Shown here: in pieces, positions 7,835 through 17,666 of the stretch
Position numbering within the stretch: the first letter of the stretch is position 1
Layout: each line of letters starts with the position of its first letter
Assembly (NCBI GenBank): GCA_018303785.1
Contig: JAGVXM010000014.1
Coordinates: 1-37,473, forward strand
Reading direction: 5' to 3'
Source of the DNA: Candidatus Pacearchaeota archaeon
GTDB lineage: Archaea > Nanobdellota > Nanobdellia > Pacearchaeales > GW2011-AR1
Length of the DNA stretch: 37,473 nucleotides
Translations under genes and position numbers: made by a program
Notes under the pieces: model-generated
What the model was told of the DNA's origin: nothing
Databases searched by the model: none
Seen by the model: only the letters and a program-made list of their open reading frames with translations

Positions 7835-10800
7835 ATGGCTGAAGTGAAGGACATGGATTTTTATCAGATAGAGAAGAAGTGGCAAGAGAGATGGGAGAAG
7901 AAAAAAATTTTCCAAGTTTCTGAGAGTTCTAAAAAGAAAAAGTATTATGTGTTAGAACAATTTCCTTATCCTTCTGGTAGCGGCTTACACGTTGGCCATT
8001 CTTTTATATACACCGTCGGAGATATATATGCGCGATTCAAACGAATGCAAGGATTTAATGTGTTATATCCCATGGGATTTGATTCTTTTGGTCTTCCTGC
8101 TGAAAATGCGGCAATACAAGCACAAAGTCATCCGAAAAAATTTACTGAAGAGGCTATTCGAAATTTCAAGAGTCAGATGAAAACGTTCGGTTATAGTTAT
8201 GATTGGAACCGAATGATTGAAACACACAAACCAGATTTTTACAAATGGGATCAATGGATTTTCCTCAAGATGTTTGAAAAAGGGCTCGCATATAGAAAAA
8301 AATCTCCAGTTAATTGGTGTCCAAAATGTAATACTGTATTAGCAAATGAACAAGTTCAAAATGGAAAATGTTGGAGGCATGAGGAAACTACTGTAGAAAT
8401 AAAACAGCTAGAACAATGGTTTTTTAGAACGACTTCCTATGCTGATGAATTATATTCTAATCTTGAAAAGCTTGAATGGCCTGAATTTATCAAAACTGCA
8501 CAAAGAAATTGGATTGGTAAAAGTCATGGGACTGAGATTATATTTGAAATTGAAACTGAACGAAGGCCAAATTTTATTTTATTGCACGGTTATACTAGTT
8601 CTCCTAAAGAGAATTTTTTTCCATGGTTGAAAAAAGAATTGGAAAAAAGAGGATACACAGTTCAGGTTCCCGTTTTACCGAATACGAATAATCCCGACGT
8701 TTCTGAACAGGTGGATTTTGTTTTAAAAAATTGTAAGTTTGATGAACAGACTGTTTTATTGGGGCATAGTTTGGGAAGTGTGATCGCATTGAAAGTTTTG
8801 GAAAAAGTTAAGAAGCCCATAAGAAAATTGGTTTTAGCTGCAGGATTTTCTGAGCCTAAGTTTTTAGATAAAAAAAGATCGTTTGAAAAAACGTTTGATT
8901 GGAAATTTGATTTTGAGAAAATTAAAAAAAATGTTTCAAAGATAAAAATTCTTCGTGCAACGAATGATAGTGCAGCCCCTCAAGAAAGAGCTGAAACATT
9001 GCAACAGCATTTTGGTGGAGAGATACTTGATTTTACTGCGGAGAATAATCATATTAGCGGTAAAGAAGAGCATGTTGTTTTGCAGCAATGTTTGGAAACT
9101 TTTCCAATTTTCACGACGAGACCTGATACTATTTTTGGAGTAACTTTTATGGTGATAAGTGCACAGCATCCTCAATTGATGGATTTTATAACTGAAAAAC
9201 AGAAAACTGTTGCACAAAAATTCTTGAAAAAAATAACAAGTACCAAGCAGGAAGATATGGATAAGCTGGGAAAAGAGGGAGTTTTTACTGGTAGTTATGC
9301 GCGTAATCCATTGAATGGAGAAAAAGTACCAATTTATGCCAGTAATTTTGTCATTGCTGATTATGGTTCTGGAATGATCATGGCAGTACCTGCACATGAT
9401 CCAAGAGATTTTGAGTTTGCAAAAAAGTATGATATTCCAATTAAGCCTGTTTTATTGAAAAAAAGCGACGAGAGTTATAGTTATGTTATGGGCATAAATG
9501 AAGAGGATATAAAAAAAATAGGTATTACTATAATTGAAAAAACAAAATCTGGTTTCTTTAAAATCAAGATTCCCCCTGATAAATTAGAAGATTATAAAGC
9601 GTTTATCCGCAAAAATATGAAAGCTGGTTTTTGGAATGAGTTTACCACAAAAAAAGGATTTTACTTTATTTTCAAACACAAAGATGGCAAGATTGAGGAA
9701 ATGGAGTTAAACGAAAAAACTAACGATATTATAGATAAATATGGGATGATATTTAATGGAGAAATTCCAAAAAATAATCCTGAAAATGTTTATAGCTGGT
9801 TAGCAAAAAATGATTTCTACAAAGAATTATTGATTCACCCTGGTCCTGGAATTTTAATTAATTCTGAAGACTTTAATGGTTTAGATACTGAAGAGGCAAA
9901 AGAACATATCACTATTTATTTAGTTGAAAAAAAATTAGGAAGGAAAGCTGTAAATTATAAACTTAAGGATTGGTTGATTTCTCGCCAAAGATTTTGGGGA
10001 ACTCCTATTCCTATTGTTTATTGTGATAAATGCGGTATTGTTTCTGTTTCTGAAAAAGATTTGCCCGTAAAATTACCTGAAGATATTAAATTTAACAGCA
10101 CAAAAAATCCGTTAGTTAATTATAAACCTTTTATTGAAATCTCCTGTCCGAAATGTAAATCTCTAGCACGACAAGAAACTGATACTATGGATACATTTGT
10201 AAATTCGAGCTGGTATTTTTTGAGATATTGTGATCCAAAAAATGATAAAAAAATATTTGATACAAAAAAAACTGATTATTGGATGCCTATTGATATTTAT
10301 ATTGGTGGGAAGGAGCACGCAACGATGCATGACATTTATTTTAGATTTTATACTAAATTCTTAAGAGATATTGGTTTATTGAAATTTGATGAACCTGCTG
10401 TCAAATTATTTAATCAAGGTTTTATCTTAGGTGAAAATAATGAAAAGATGTCAAAATCTAAAGGCAATGTGGTGTTACTTAATGAAGCTGCTAAAAAATA
10501 CGGCGTTGATCCGACGAGGTTATTCTTGGTTTCCAATGCTTCTCCCGAAAGCGACAAAGCATGGAGCAATGCCGGTGTTGAAGGGAGTGTAAAGTTCATA
10601 AAAAAAATTATTGATTACTTTGCTCATTTTAAATCAGGAAAAACGTCGAAACGAGCTGAAAGTAAAATGCATAAATACACAAAAGAAATTACCGCTTACA
10701 TTAGTAATTTTCGATACGACCTAGCTGTAATACGCTTGAGAGAATTATTTGACATTTTAAATGAGGAAACAATTAGTACGAAGGATGCTGGAATCTATTT

Positions 10801-11188
10801 GAAATTACTACATCCATTTTGTCCGCATGTCAGTGAAGAATTGTGGGAAAAATTAGGAAATAAAGGTTTTATTTCTTTAGAATCATGGCCGGAAGCTGAT
10901 GAAACAAAAATTGATCAAACAATCGAGAAACAAGACGAAGCCGTGAATCAAGTTGTTAATGATGTTATGAATATTTTGAAAATCATGCGCGAGAAACAAG
11001 AGAAGGAAGGGGAACAGATTTATTTGTATGCTTTGCCGAATGAAGTTAGTTTTTATAATTCTGAAAGAATATCAATTAAGATCGGAAAAAAGGTCAGTGT
11101 TTTTGCGGTTAATGATAAAAACAAATTTGATCCTGAACAAAAATCTGGAAAAACAAAGCCTGGAAAACCTGGAATTTATATTGTATGA
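7835..11188 (+). CDS. leuS: Leucine--tRNA ligase, bacterial-type, with an inserted alpha/beta hydrolase and a second inserted domain
   Basis: FPYPSGSGLHVGH (HIGH), KMSKSKGN, editing TTRPDT and AVPAHDPRD, DWLISRQRFWGTPIP. Confidence 0.97.
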   Translation: MAEVKDMDFYQIEKKWQERWEKKKIFQVSESSKKKKYYVLEQFPYPSGSGLHVGHSFIYTVGDIYARFKRMQGFNVLYPMGFDSFGLPAENAAIQAQSHPKKFTEEAIRNFKSQMKTFGYSYDWNRMIETHKPDFYKWDQWIFLKMFEKGLAYRKKSPVNWCPKCNTVLANEQVQNGKCWRHEETTVEIKQLEQWFFRTTSYADELYSNLEKLEWPEFIKTAQRNWIGKSHGTEIIFEIETERRPNFILLHGYTSSPKENFFPWLKKELEKRGYTVQVPVLPNTNNPDVSEQVDFVLKNCKFDEQTVLLGHSLGSVIALKVLEKVKKPIRKLVLAAGFSEPKFLDKKRSFEKTFDWKFDFEKIKKNVSKIKILRATNDSAAPQERAETLQQHFGGEILDFTAENNHISGKEEHVVLQQCLETFPIFTTRPDTIFGVTFMVISAQHPQLMDFITEKQKTVAQKFLKKITSTKQEDMDKLGKEGVFTGSYARNPLNGEKVPIYASNFVIADYGSGMIMAVPAHDPRDFEFAKKYDIPIKPVLLKKSDESYSYVMGINEEDIKKIGITIIEKTKSGFFKIKIPPDKLEDYKAFIRKNMKAGFWNEFTTKKGFYFIFKHKDGKIEEMELNEKTNDIIDKYGMIFNGEIPKNNPENVYSWLAKNDFYKELLIHPGPGILINSEDFNGLDTEEAKEHITIYLVEKKLGRKAVNYKLKDWLISRQRFWGTPIPIVYCDKCGIVSVSEKDLPVKLPEDIKFNSTKNPLVNYKPFIEISCPKCKSLARQETDTMDTFVNSSWYFLRYCDPKNDKKIFDTKKTDYWMPIDIYIGGKEHATMHDIYFRFYTKFLRDIGLLKFDEPAVKLFNQGFILGENNEKMSKSKGNVVLLNEAAKKYGVDPTRLFLVSNASPESDKAWSNAGVEGSVKFIKKIIDYFAHFKSGKTSKRAESKMHKYTKEITAYISNFRYDLAVIRLRELFDILNEETISTKDAGIYLKLLHPFCPHVSEELWEKLGNKGFISLESWPEADETKIDQTIEKQDEAVNQVVNDVMNILKIMREKQEKEGEQIYLYALPNEVSFYNSERISIKIGKKVSVFAVNDKNKFDPEQKSGKTKPGKPGIYIV

Positions 11189-11538
11189 AAGCTAGTTCTG
11201 TTGGATGGGAATTATACATTCAATTAAGTGCTGATGAAATCTCTCGTCTTTTAACTGAAAAACTTGAGGGAAAGATTCGCGTGCATGATAATGACGCTTT
11301 TCTTGGAGAATTTCCATTTTCATTATTTGTACAGTCAATTGGTCGAGAACAATTATACGTCGAGCTTAAAACTAAACCTTCGCATGTGTATGTTGATAAG
11401 GTCCAAGAATATTTTATTTATTTATCGCCTGATGGATACCAGCAGCTGAGAGAAAGGGGGAGGACAGGTGATAGAATGTATCTTAATGCTGGTTGTAAGG
11501 TTCTCATTAGTCTAGATGAAAAATCTAAATATTTATAA
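11185..11538 (+). CDS. Hypothetical protein
   Basis: 117 aa, ATGA overlap with the leuS stop. Confidence 0.7.
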   Translation: MKASSVGWELYIQLSADEISRLLTEKLEGKIRVHDNDAFLGEFPFSLFVQSIGREQLYVELKTKPSHVYVDKVQEYFIYLSPDGYQQLRERGRTGDRMYLNAGCKVLISLDEKSKYL

Positions 11539-11707
11539 AACAAATTATATTTTTAATTTTATGGACCGATCTGGTGGTGAAATTTGAATATCTCGAAAAT
11601 CAGTTTTATATATAATTTTATTTTCTTATTTATTTACAATATGCAAATCTGATTGTGATAATAATGACCGAAACAAAAGATGGGCTTCCTATCGAGCAAC
11701 ACAGGAA

Positions 11708-11854
11708 ATGAAAATTAAACATCTTTCATCACAACTCGAAGAAAAAACCGGCTATTATAATGAAAATACTTTATTAGATCGCTATCACGAAATTAACGGA
11801 GAAGAAATTCCTATAGAAGTTGACGGGAAACTAATTAGGGGGTATTTTAAATGA
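11708..11854 (+). CDS. Small hypothetical ORF (48 aa), possibly the remnant of a longer frameshifted gene
   Basis: MKIKHLSSQLEEKTGYYNENTLLDRYHEINGEEIPIEVDGKLIRGYFK by manual translation; ends tail-to-tail with the next gene. Confidence 0.35.
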   Translation: MKIKHLSSQLEEKTGYYNENTLLDRYHEINGEEIPIEVDGKLIRGYFK

Positions 11855-12260
11855 TCCACTTGCGTATATCTTGAATACTATCCAAAGCTTTTACAAATTC
11901 TTCATAACTAATATAATGGCCTATAATGGTATTTACTTTTAAATCCTGTTCTCGAGGAATAAATCCTGTCCAAGGATATCTTTCATACTTAATCCTTATT
12001 GTCGGAGTTTGTCTATTATTATTTAGAGCAAATTTTTCAAGAGCTTCAAATACTTTTTTAGGATTTTTAGCATCTTGAACTAGGGGCATTAATGCATATC
12101 TTTCCAATAATTGTAAATGTTCTACAGGTCCTGCACTTATTATTTCATCGGCTCCTCTTTCACTAGAATTAGCAGAATTATAGATGTTCCACCCATTTTC
12201 GCGAATCTTTTTAATAATGCTATCCTCTGCTTGAGGTAAATAATAATTTTCTTGTGTCAT
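11847..12260 (-). CDS. Hypothetical protein
   Basis: 137-aa ORF directly behind the upstream gene. Confidence 0.7.
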   Translation of the reverse strand: MTQENYYLPQAEDSIIKKIRENGWNIYNSANSSERGADEIISAGPVEHLQLLERYALMPLVQDAKNPKKVFEALEKFALNNNRQTPTIRIKYERYPWTGFIPREQDLKVNTIIGHYISYEEFVKALDSIQDIRKWII

Positions 12261-12261
12261 G

Positions 12262-12489
12262 TTATTTTCTGTTATTTATTTTCACTGCAAAATAATATAT
12301 TACAGCTCCCAGCATTCCTAAAAATACTAGGATAAGAATCCATATAACTCGTTCATTTTCATTTTTGAATTTCCTCTTTGCAGCGTCAATAATCATTAGG
12401 ATCCAAAAGATAAATAAAAATACAGCTAAAGCTATACCTGTCATTATTAGAAAAATGATGGCCATAATCATCCATAATGAAGTTATCAT
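12262..12489 (-). CDS. PLDc N-terminal-like small membrane protein
   Basis: FWILMIIDAAKR...ERVIWILILVFLGMLGAVIYYF. Confidence 0.8.
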   Translation of the reverse strand: MITSLWMIMAIIFLIMTGIALAVFLFIFWILMIIDAAKRKFKNENERVIWILILVFLGMLGAVIYYFAVKINNRK

Positions 12490-12518
12490 ATTTTAGTGTA
12501 CTTTTAGGGTTTAAAAAT

Positions 12519-14294
12519 TTATTTATTTGAAACGATAGCTTTTATTCTTCTAATCCCTGCGGCAGAAGCTTCTTCTTTTATAATTTCAAAGTGGCCGATT
12601 TCAGCGGTGTTTTCAACATGGGGGCCTGTGCAAATTTCTTTAGAAAACCATCCTTTTTTTTCCTTTGGATCGGATATTGTATAAACAGAAACTTTTTCTG
12701 GATATTTATGACCAAATTCTGCTTGTGCTCCAGATTTAAATGCTTGTTCTAAAAGAATTTCTTCTCTTTTTACATTTAGTGATTGTTTTATTTTATCATT
12801 AACTAACTGCTCTACTTTTTTTATTTCTTCTTCAGTTAATTTTCTGGGAAATGAAAAATCAAATCTAAGTCTTTCGGGTGTAATATTAGATCCTCGCTGT
12901 TTTACGTCTTCACCCATAATTTTTCTTAACGCTTCATTTAGTAAATGTGTTGCAGTATGTAATCTGGTTGTTTCTTCGCTTGCATCAGCCAATCCTGATT
13001 TGAAAACTTCTGTTGCTGTTCGAGAAAGCTCTTGATGTTTTTTTTCTTCAGCTTCAAATTCTTTTATATCTAAGGAAATATTTTTTTCATCAGCTAACTC
13101 TTTAATTATTTCAATAGGAAATCCATAGCTTTGATATAATAAGAATGCATCTTTGCCTGAAAGAACTTTTTTTTCTTTAATTAATTTTGAGAACATAATC
13201 ATGCCTTTTTCTAGAGTTTCAAGAAATTTCTTTTCTTCTTGTTCTAACTCTTTTAATATTTTGTTTTTATCAAAAGTGTAATCATCGTAGATAGTAAAAA
13301 CTGGTTTTGCAATATTCGTTATAAAATTTTTTAGCTCTATATTTCTTCCGTATCTAATTGCGCGTCTTATTAATCTTCTTAATACATATCCTCGTTCTGA
13401 GTTACTAGGCAAAATTCCGTCGGCAATAATGAAAATGCTGGCTTTTACATGATCTGCGATAATTCTCATTGCCTTTTCATTTCCTTTATATTTTTTCCCT
13501 GAAATTTTTTCAATAGTTTTTATCAAAGGTAAAAATGAATCTGTTTGATATACATCATCTAAATCATTTAGAACTGCAGCTGTTCGTTCAACACCCATTC
13601 CCGTATCAATATTTTTTTGATTTGCTTCATTGTATCCTGACCCGTCTTTTTCATATTGCATCAAAACATTGTTCCAGATTTCAACCCAATTTTTATTTTC
13701 AGGATCAAATTTTTCTGGAGGTTTAGTTTTTGCTTTCCAAAAAAACATTTCGGTATCCGGTCCGCATGGTCCAGTAACTCCTGCTGGTCCCCACCAGTTT
13801 TTCTTACTCTCTAAAACTCCTCCTTCTAAAAGTGCTATTCTATTTTTTGGTATTCCTAATAAAAGCCAAATTTTTGCTGCTTCAGTATCTTTAGGAACTT
13901 GAGGTACTCTTTTATCTCCTCCAAAACAAGTTATTCCCAACCTGTCTACAGGAATCTTTAATTCTTTTGTTATAAATTCAAATGAGAATGTTATGGCATC
14001 TTTTTTCCAGTAATCACCTAAACTCCAATTACCTAACATTTCAAACAGAGTCAAATGAGTTTCATCACCAACTTTGTCGATATCTTGCGTTCTTATGCAT
14101 TTTTGTACGTTCACTAGTCTTTTTCCTAATGGATGTTTTTGTCCTAATAAATACGGAACTAATGGATGCATTCCTGCTGTGGTAAATAAAACTGTTGGAT
14201 CGTTGGCCGGAATTAATGAAGCATTCGGTATTTCTTTATGCCCTTTATTTTTGAAGTATTCTATATATTTTTTAATTAGCTGCTTTCTGTTCAT
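12519..14294 (-). CDS. alaS: Alanine--tRNA ligase, short form without C-Ala domain
   Basis: DPTVLFTTAGM, FEMLGNWS, EIWN, IDTGMGVER, YVLRRLIRR; editing HTATH and ICTGPH; ends at GIRRIKA. Confidence 0.97.
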   Translation of the reverse strand: MNRKQLIKKYIEYFKNKGHKEIPNASLIPANDPTVLFTTAGMHPLVPYLLGQKHPLGKRLVNVQKCIRTQDIDKVGDETHLTLFEMLGNWSLGDYWKKDAITFSFEFITKELKIPVDRLGITCFGGDKRVPQVPKDTEAAKIWLLLGIPKNRIALLEGGVLESKKNWWGPAGVTGPCGPDTEMFFWKAKTKPPEKFDPENKNWVEIWNNVLMQYEKDGSGYNEANQKNIDTGMGVERTAAVLNDLDDVYQTDSFLPLIKTIEKISGKKYKGNEKAMRIIADHVKASIFIIADGILPSNSERGYVLRRLIRRAIRYGRNIELKNFITNIAKPVFTIYDDYTFDKNKILKELEQEEKKFLETLEKGMIMFSKLIKEKKVLSGKDAFLLYQSYGFPIEIIKELADEKNISLDIKEFEAEEKKHQELSRTATEVFKSGLADASEETTRLHTATHLLNEALRKIMGEDVKQRGSNITPERLRFDFSFPRKLTEEEIKKVEQLVNDKIKQSLNVKREEILLEQAFKSGAQAEFGHKYPEKVSVYTISDPKEKKGWFSKEICTGPHVENTAEIGHFEIIKEEASAAGIRRIKAIVSNK

Positions 14295-14333
14295 AAAAAA
14301 GGTAAGAGAAAGATATTTAAAAATGTGACGAGA

Positions 14334-15230
14334 TCAATAAGCCTTAGAACCTCTTAATTCATTAAGCATGTCTCGATAATAGTGTGCTTTTTTTCCCTGA
14401 TCTCCAGGCGTTGAAACTGATCCGTTAGGAAACATCAAATCTCTTCCAACATTTACGATAACATGGTCTTTATGAAAATACTTCCAAATAATTCCTGCCT
14501 CTCCTTCCTGCGCACCTACTCCCGGTAAAAGGACAAGCATTTTATCTCCTGCATACTCTCGTACTTTTTTTAATTCTTCTTCGGTTATATGATTTTTCTT
14601 GCTTGGCGCGCCCACCACAATACTTTCTAATCCAAATCTTTGCGCATCAAAAGCTAACTGAATATATTGTTTGACATGAGCTATTGCTTGATGATACAAG
14701 ACAATATCATTTGAATAAAATTGTTCATGTTCAGAAGAAATCTGCACCAAGTTATTTTTCTTTTGCGCATATTCGGGATTACTCATCAAGCACATATGGA
14801 TACCTCCAAGATTTCTCTTCTTTACTTGTTCTGCCGCTTCTTGCATATTACCTGCAAAGCATGCCAAAGTTACTGCATCAATTTTTTTATGTTGAGTATG
14901 ATACATGCCCGCATCATTGCTTGAACCAATATCTGCAAGTTTAGAATCATCGATAACAAGAAGATCGTGATTATGAGCATGAGCAGTTAAGCTCTGAAGA
15001 TCAAGCATATCATGATCATTTTTCCAATACTGAACATTCGGTTTTACCGCCGCACAATACGGCGCAACCGCTTTAATATAATTAAAAGCCCACACTTCTT
15101 TGGTAATATCTTGAGCAAGCCCTTCGTTCTCTCTTCCCATTTCAAATTCTGCTGGATCTAATCCTGCGCATAATACTGAATTTTTTCTTTCTACTACTTC
15201 AAGCCATTTTTCTCTAAATGTTTGCGTCAT
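14334..15230 (-). CDS. pyrF: Orotidine-5'-phosphate decarboxylase
   Basis: LCAGLDP, DSKLADIGSS (DxKxxDI), MSNP, LLPGVGAQ, VNVGR. Confidence 0.93.
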   Translation of the reverse strand: MTQTFREKWLEVVERKNSVLCAGLDPAEFEMGRENEGLAQDITKEVWAFNYIKAVAPYCAAVKPNVQYWKNDHDMLDLQSLTAHAHNHDLLVIDDSKLADIGSSNDAGMYHTQHKKIDAVTLACFAGNMQEAAEQVKKRNLGGIHMCLMSNPEYAQKKNNLVQISSEHEQFYSNDIVLYHQAIAHVKQYIQLAFDAQRFGLESIVVGAPSKKNHITEEELKKVREYAGDKMLVLLPGVGAQEGEAGIIWKYFHKDHVIVNVGRDLMFPNGSVSTPGDQGKKAHYYRDMLNELRGSKAY

Positions 15231-15916
15231 TGTTTTTTCTCAACCCTCGGAAAGCCATTTTTTTCTCCCCATCCAAAGGGATCTGCTCTCCATTCTTCTA
15301 AAGCTTTTATTTTATCTTCGTTGATATATTTAGTTTCTTTGGCAATATCTAGTAAATTTTCATATGTTAACAATGATTTGACTTTGCAGATGGGATCTAA
15401 TTTATCAAACTCTTCAATCGATTTGTCAAGCCCATAATTAAAAATTGAAAAACAATGGTTGCAATTACCTTTTGCGTTTCTTACCGCTTGTACTGCTTTT
15501 GCTGAACTTCCTCCTGTTGAAATAAGATCTTCAATAACGTAACCTCTATGATTGTTCAAATCTGCTTCAGCATCAATTCCTTCTATTTGATTTTTTAATC
15601 CATGATCTTTTGGTTTATCTCTAATATAAATAAGGGGTTTCTTTCTTCTGTCGGAAAGTATTGAGGCCCACGGAATTCCTGCAGTGGAAGTTCCTGCAAT
15701 AAATTGCTCTTGATCGTGAAAAAATCCTTCAAAAAATAATTCTTGTTCGAATGCTTGAAGAATTAATTCCCGATGTTCAGGATGTGATAAAAATAACCGG
15801 TTATCGTTATAGATTGGCATTCGATATCCCGATGCCCAGAGAAAAGGATTTTCAGGATTTAATTTAATTGCTTTAATATCTAAACCTGCTTTTGCAATTC
15901 TTGAGGAATATTCCAT
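15227..15916 (-). CDS. pyrE: Orotate phosphoribosyltransferase
   Basis: FLWASG..MPIYNDNR, YIRDKPKDHG, VIEDLISTGGS (PRPP motif); overlaps the pyrF start. Confidence 0.95.
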   Translation of the reverse strand: MEYSSRIAKAGLDIKAIKLNPENPFLWASGYRMPIYNDNRLFLSHPEHRELILQAFEQELFFEGFFHDQEQFIAGTSTAGIPWASILSDRRKKPLIYIRDKPKDHGLKNQIEGIDAEADLNNHRGYVIEDLISTGGSSAKAVQAVRNAKGNCNHCFSIFNYGLDKSIEEFDKLDPICKVKSLLTYENLLDIAKETKYINEDKIKALEEWRADPFGWGEKNGFPRVEKKQ

Positions 15917-15976
15917 AATTTATTAATGGCTAACAATTTTTAAATGTTCTCCAAAAAATTCATTGGTCTAAAGTAA

Positions 15977-16303
15977 TTAATTTTGTAGCCGCTCAAGTTT
16001 TCTTTTAATATCTTCTAATTCTTTTATTATTTCTCTAGGTTCGTTAATATCCCAATTAATTTCATCTTTATTATTTTTGTAATTTTGCTGCTGTGGCAAA
16101 TTTCCGAGAGTTATCTTAATTTTATTATACACAAAATCGATATCTTCCTTTAATTCTTTTTTTAAAGCTAATTCCCTCTTTCTTAAATTTTTATAATTTT
16201 TGAGCCTGCGCAATGAATTAAGAATTCCAATTTCGCAGTTTAAAATTGTTTTTTTTGTGTCAAGTGCGTCGACATAATCAATCTTAACATGCCGATATTC
16301 CAT
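15977..16303 (-). CDS. Hypothetical coiled-coil protein
   Basis: 108 aa, 1-nt stop/start overlap with the upstream gene. Confidence 0.75.
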   Translation of the reverse strand: MEYRHVKIDYVDALDTKKTILNCEIGILNSLRRLKNYKNLRKRELALKKELKEDIDFVYNKIKITLGNLPQQQNYKNNKDEINWDINEPREIIKELEDIKRKLERLQN

Positions 16304-16869
16304 TATAAACTGCTAAACAAATTAGAATCAATAGCATTCAATTTAGATTTAATTAATTGAGCTTCGCGTTCCCATTCATTTAATTCAATTTCCTCACGAT
16401 CTTTGATATCTTTAATTTTAGAAAGATTTTTTTCAATATCTTCTAACTTTTCTTTAATTTCTCGAATTGAATCTTGTGTTTCTTGAAATTTATCTAAACG
16501 GACATAGATTGGTTCTGCTGTTTTTGATTTTTTGGTTTCAAATTTACTCGGAGCCATGGATGCAGATATTTTTGGAGGTGCTTTTTGTTCGGTCACTGGT
16601 TCAAATGATGGCATTATTGATGGGCGAATTGCTTTCGATTCAGGAATCATCATAACTGATTTTTCAGGAGGAACATCAAACCTTGATTTTTGCATATCAT
16701 TATGAACTGTAGTTGAGATGTTAGGTTCAGGAAGTGTTGGAAGATAATTTGAAAGACTAGGAACAAATGCGTCATTCTCTTTTTTCGGCAATGCCAAGTC
16801 AGGAAGCCTTGGCAATTCATTGCTATCTGGCAAATCCGGAATTTTTTCTTCTTTTGTAAACCAACTCAT
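16303..16869 (-). CDS. Hypothetical protein (Pro-rich N-terminus, C-terminal coiled coil)
   Basis: LPRLPDL repeats, EPIYVRLDKF then a heptad helix; GAGGTGA SD upstream. Confidence 0.8.
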   Translation of the reverse strand: MSWFTKEEKIPDLPDSNELPRLPDLALPKKENDAFVPSLSNYLPTLPEPNISTTVHNDMQKSRFDVPPEKSVMMIPESKAIRPSIMPSFEPVTEQKAPPKISASMAPSKFETKKSKTAEPIYVRLDKFQETQDSIREIKEKLEDIEKNLSKIKDIKDREEIELNEWEREAQLIKSKLNAIDSNLFSSL

Positions 16870-16929
16870 ATTTCACCTCTTATACTAGGATATATATAAT
16901 TAAAAAGATTTGTTTATATAAATATTTGT

Positions 16930-17568
16930 CTACATATCTTTTAATTCTAATATTAATATGTCTTTTTTTAAATTGTATTTTATAATCGGTAGTTTGATGT
17001 TCAAATTTTTTGAATAAATTTTTTCTTCTGATAATGCTTTAATTTCGATTGAACTTTCTAACTCATTGATTAAAATATCTTCGACTGATTTAACGCCTGG
17101 AACCGAGATTTCATAAATAAGTCTTCCTGAATATCGCTTTAATTTTGATTCTGGCTCCTGTTTTGGTAAGTTTGAAAATTTTCTTAATTTATCTTGGATG
17201 TCTTTATTATTTATTACTCGCAATTGCCTCACGTTTTCAATCTCTTTTTTTTCTGGAAACACTTTTTTACCATTTATATAAAATTGAATATTCAATTTTC
17301 TTCCCTCTTTTGGGGCTTTTACATCTTTAACGAGCTCTTTTTGCAAATCTTTCATTTGACGTTCTAATATTTTCATTGCGTTATCAACGAATCTTTCAAT
17401 AAATGGAGTTTTTGACATTGGCATATCGCTTTCTGTAACGTCATTTTTGCCTAATATTCCAAAATCTTCTTTATCGTATTGCGAGTTTAAATTCTTGCCG
17501 CATGATGGGCAAAACTCAAATGCAGTTTTTATTTTATTTCCACATTGCGAACATTTTTTCTCGAACAT
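16930..17568 (-). CDS. Zinc-ribbon + Hsp20/alpha-crystallin-like domain protein
   Basis: CSQCG...FCPSCG at the N-terminus; YEISVPGVKSVEDI...IEIKA...LP...DILILEL resembles an alpha-crystallin core. Start set at ATG 17568. Confidence 0.75.
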   Translation of the reverse strand: MFEKKCSQCGNKIKTAFEFCPSCGKNLNSQYDKEDFGILGKNDVTESDMPMSKTPFIERFVDNAMKILERQMKDLQKELVKDVKAPKEGRKLNIQFYINGKKVFPEKKEIENVRQLRVINNKDIQDKLRKFSNLPKQEPESKLKRYSGRLIYEISVPGVKSVEDILINELESSIEIKALSEEKIYSKNLNIKLPIIKYNLKKDILILELKDM

Positions 17569-17666
17569 ACTTTTATATAACAAGTGTTTATTTAAAAGTT
17601 TTTGGATGGTGATTATGGCACGATAAAATATTTATATTGATTTTGAGTAGACATTAGAAAAGAGGC

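Noticed and set aside
8555-9835. Inteins in LeuRS (and in MCM)
   Set aside because: The inserts lack Cys/Ser starts, His-Asn ends and LAGLIDADG motifs; MCM is of normal length.
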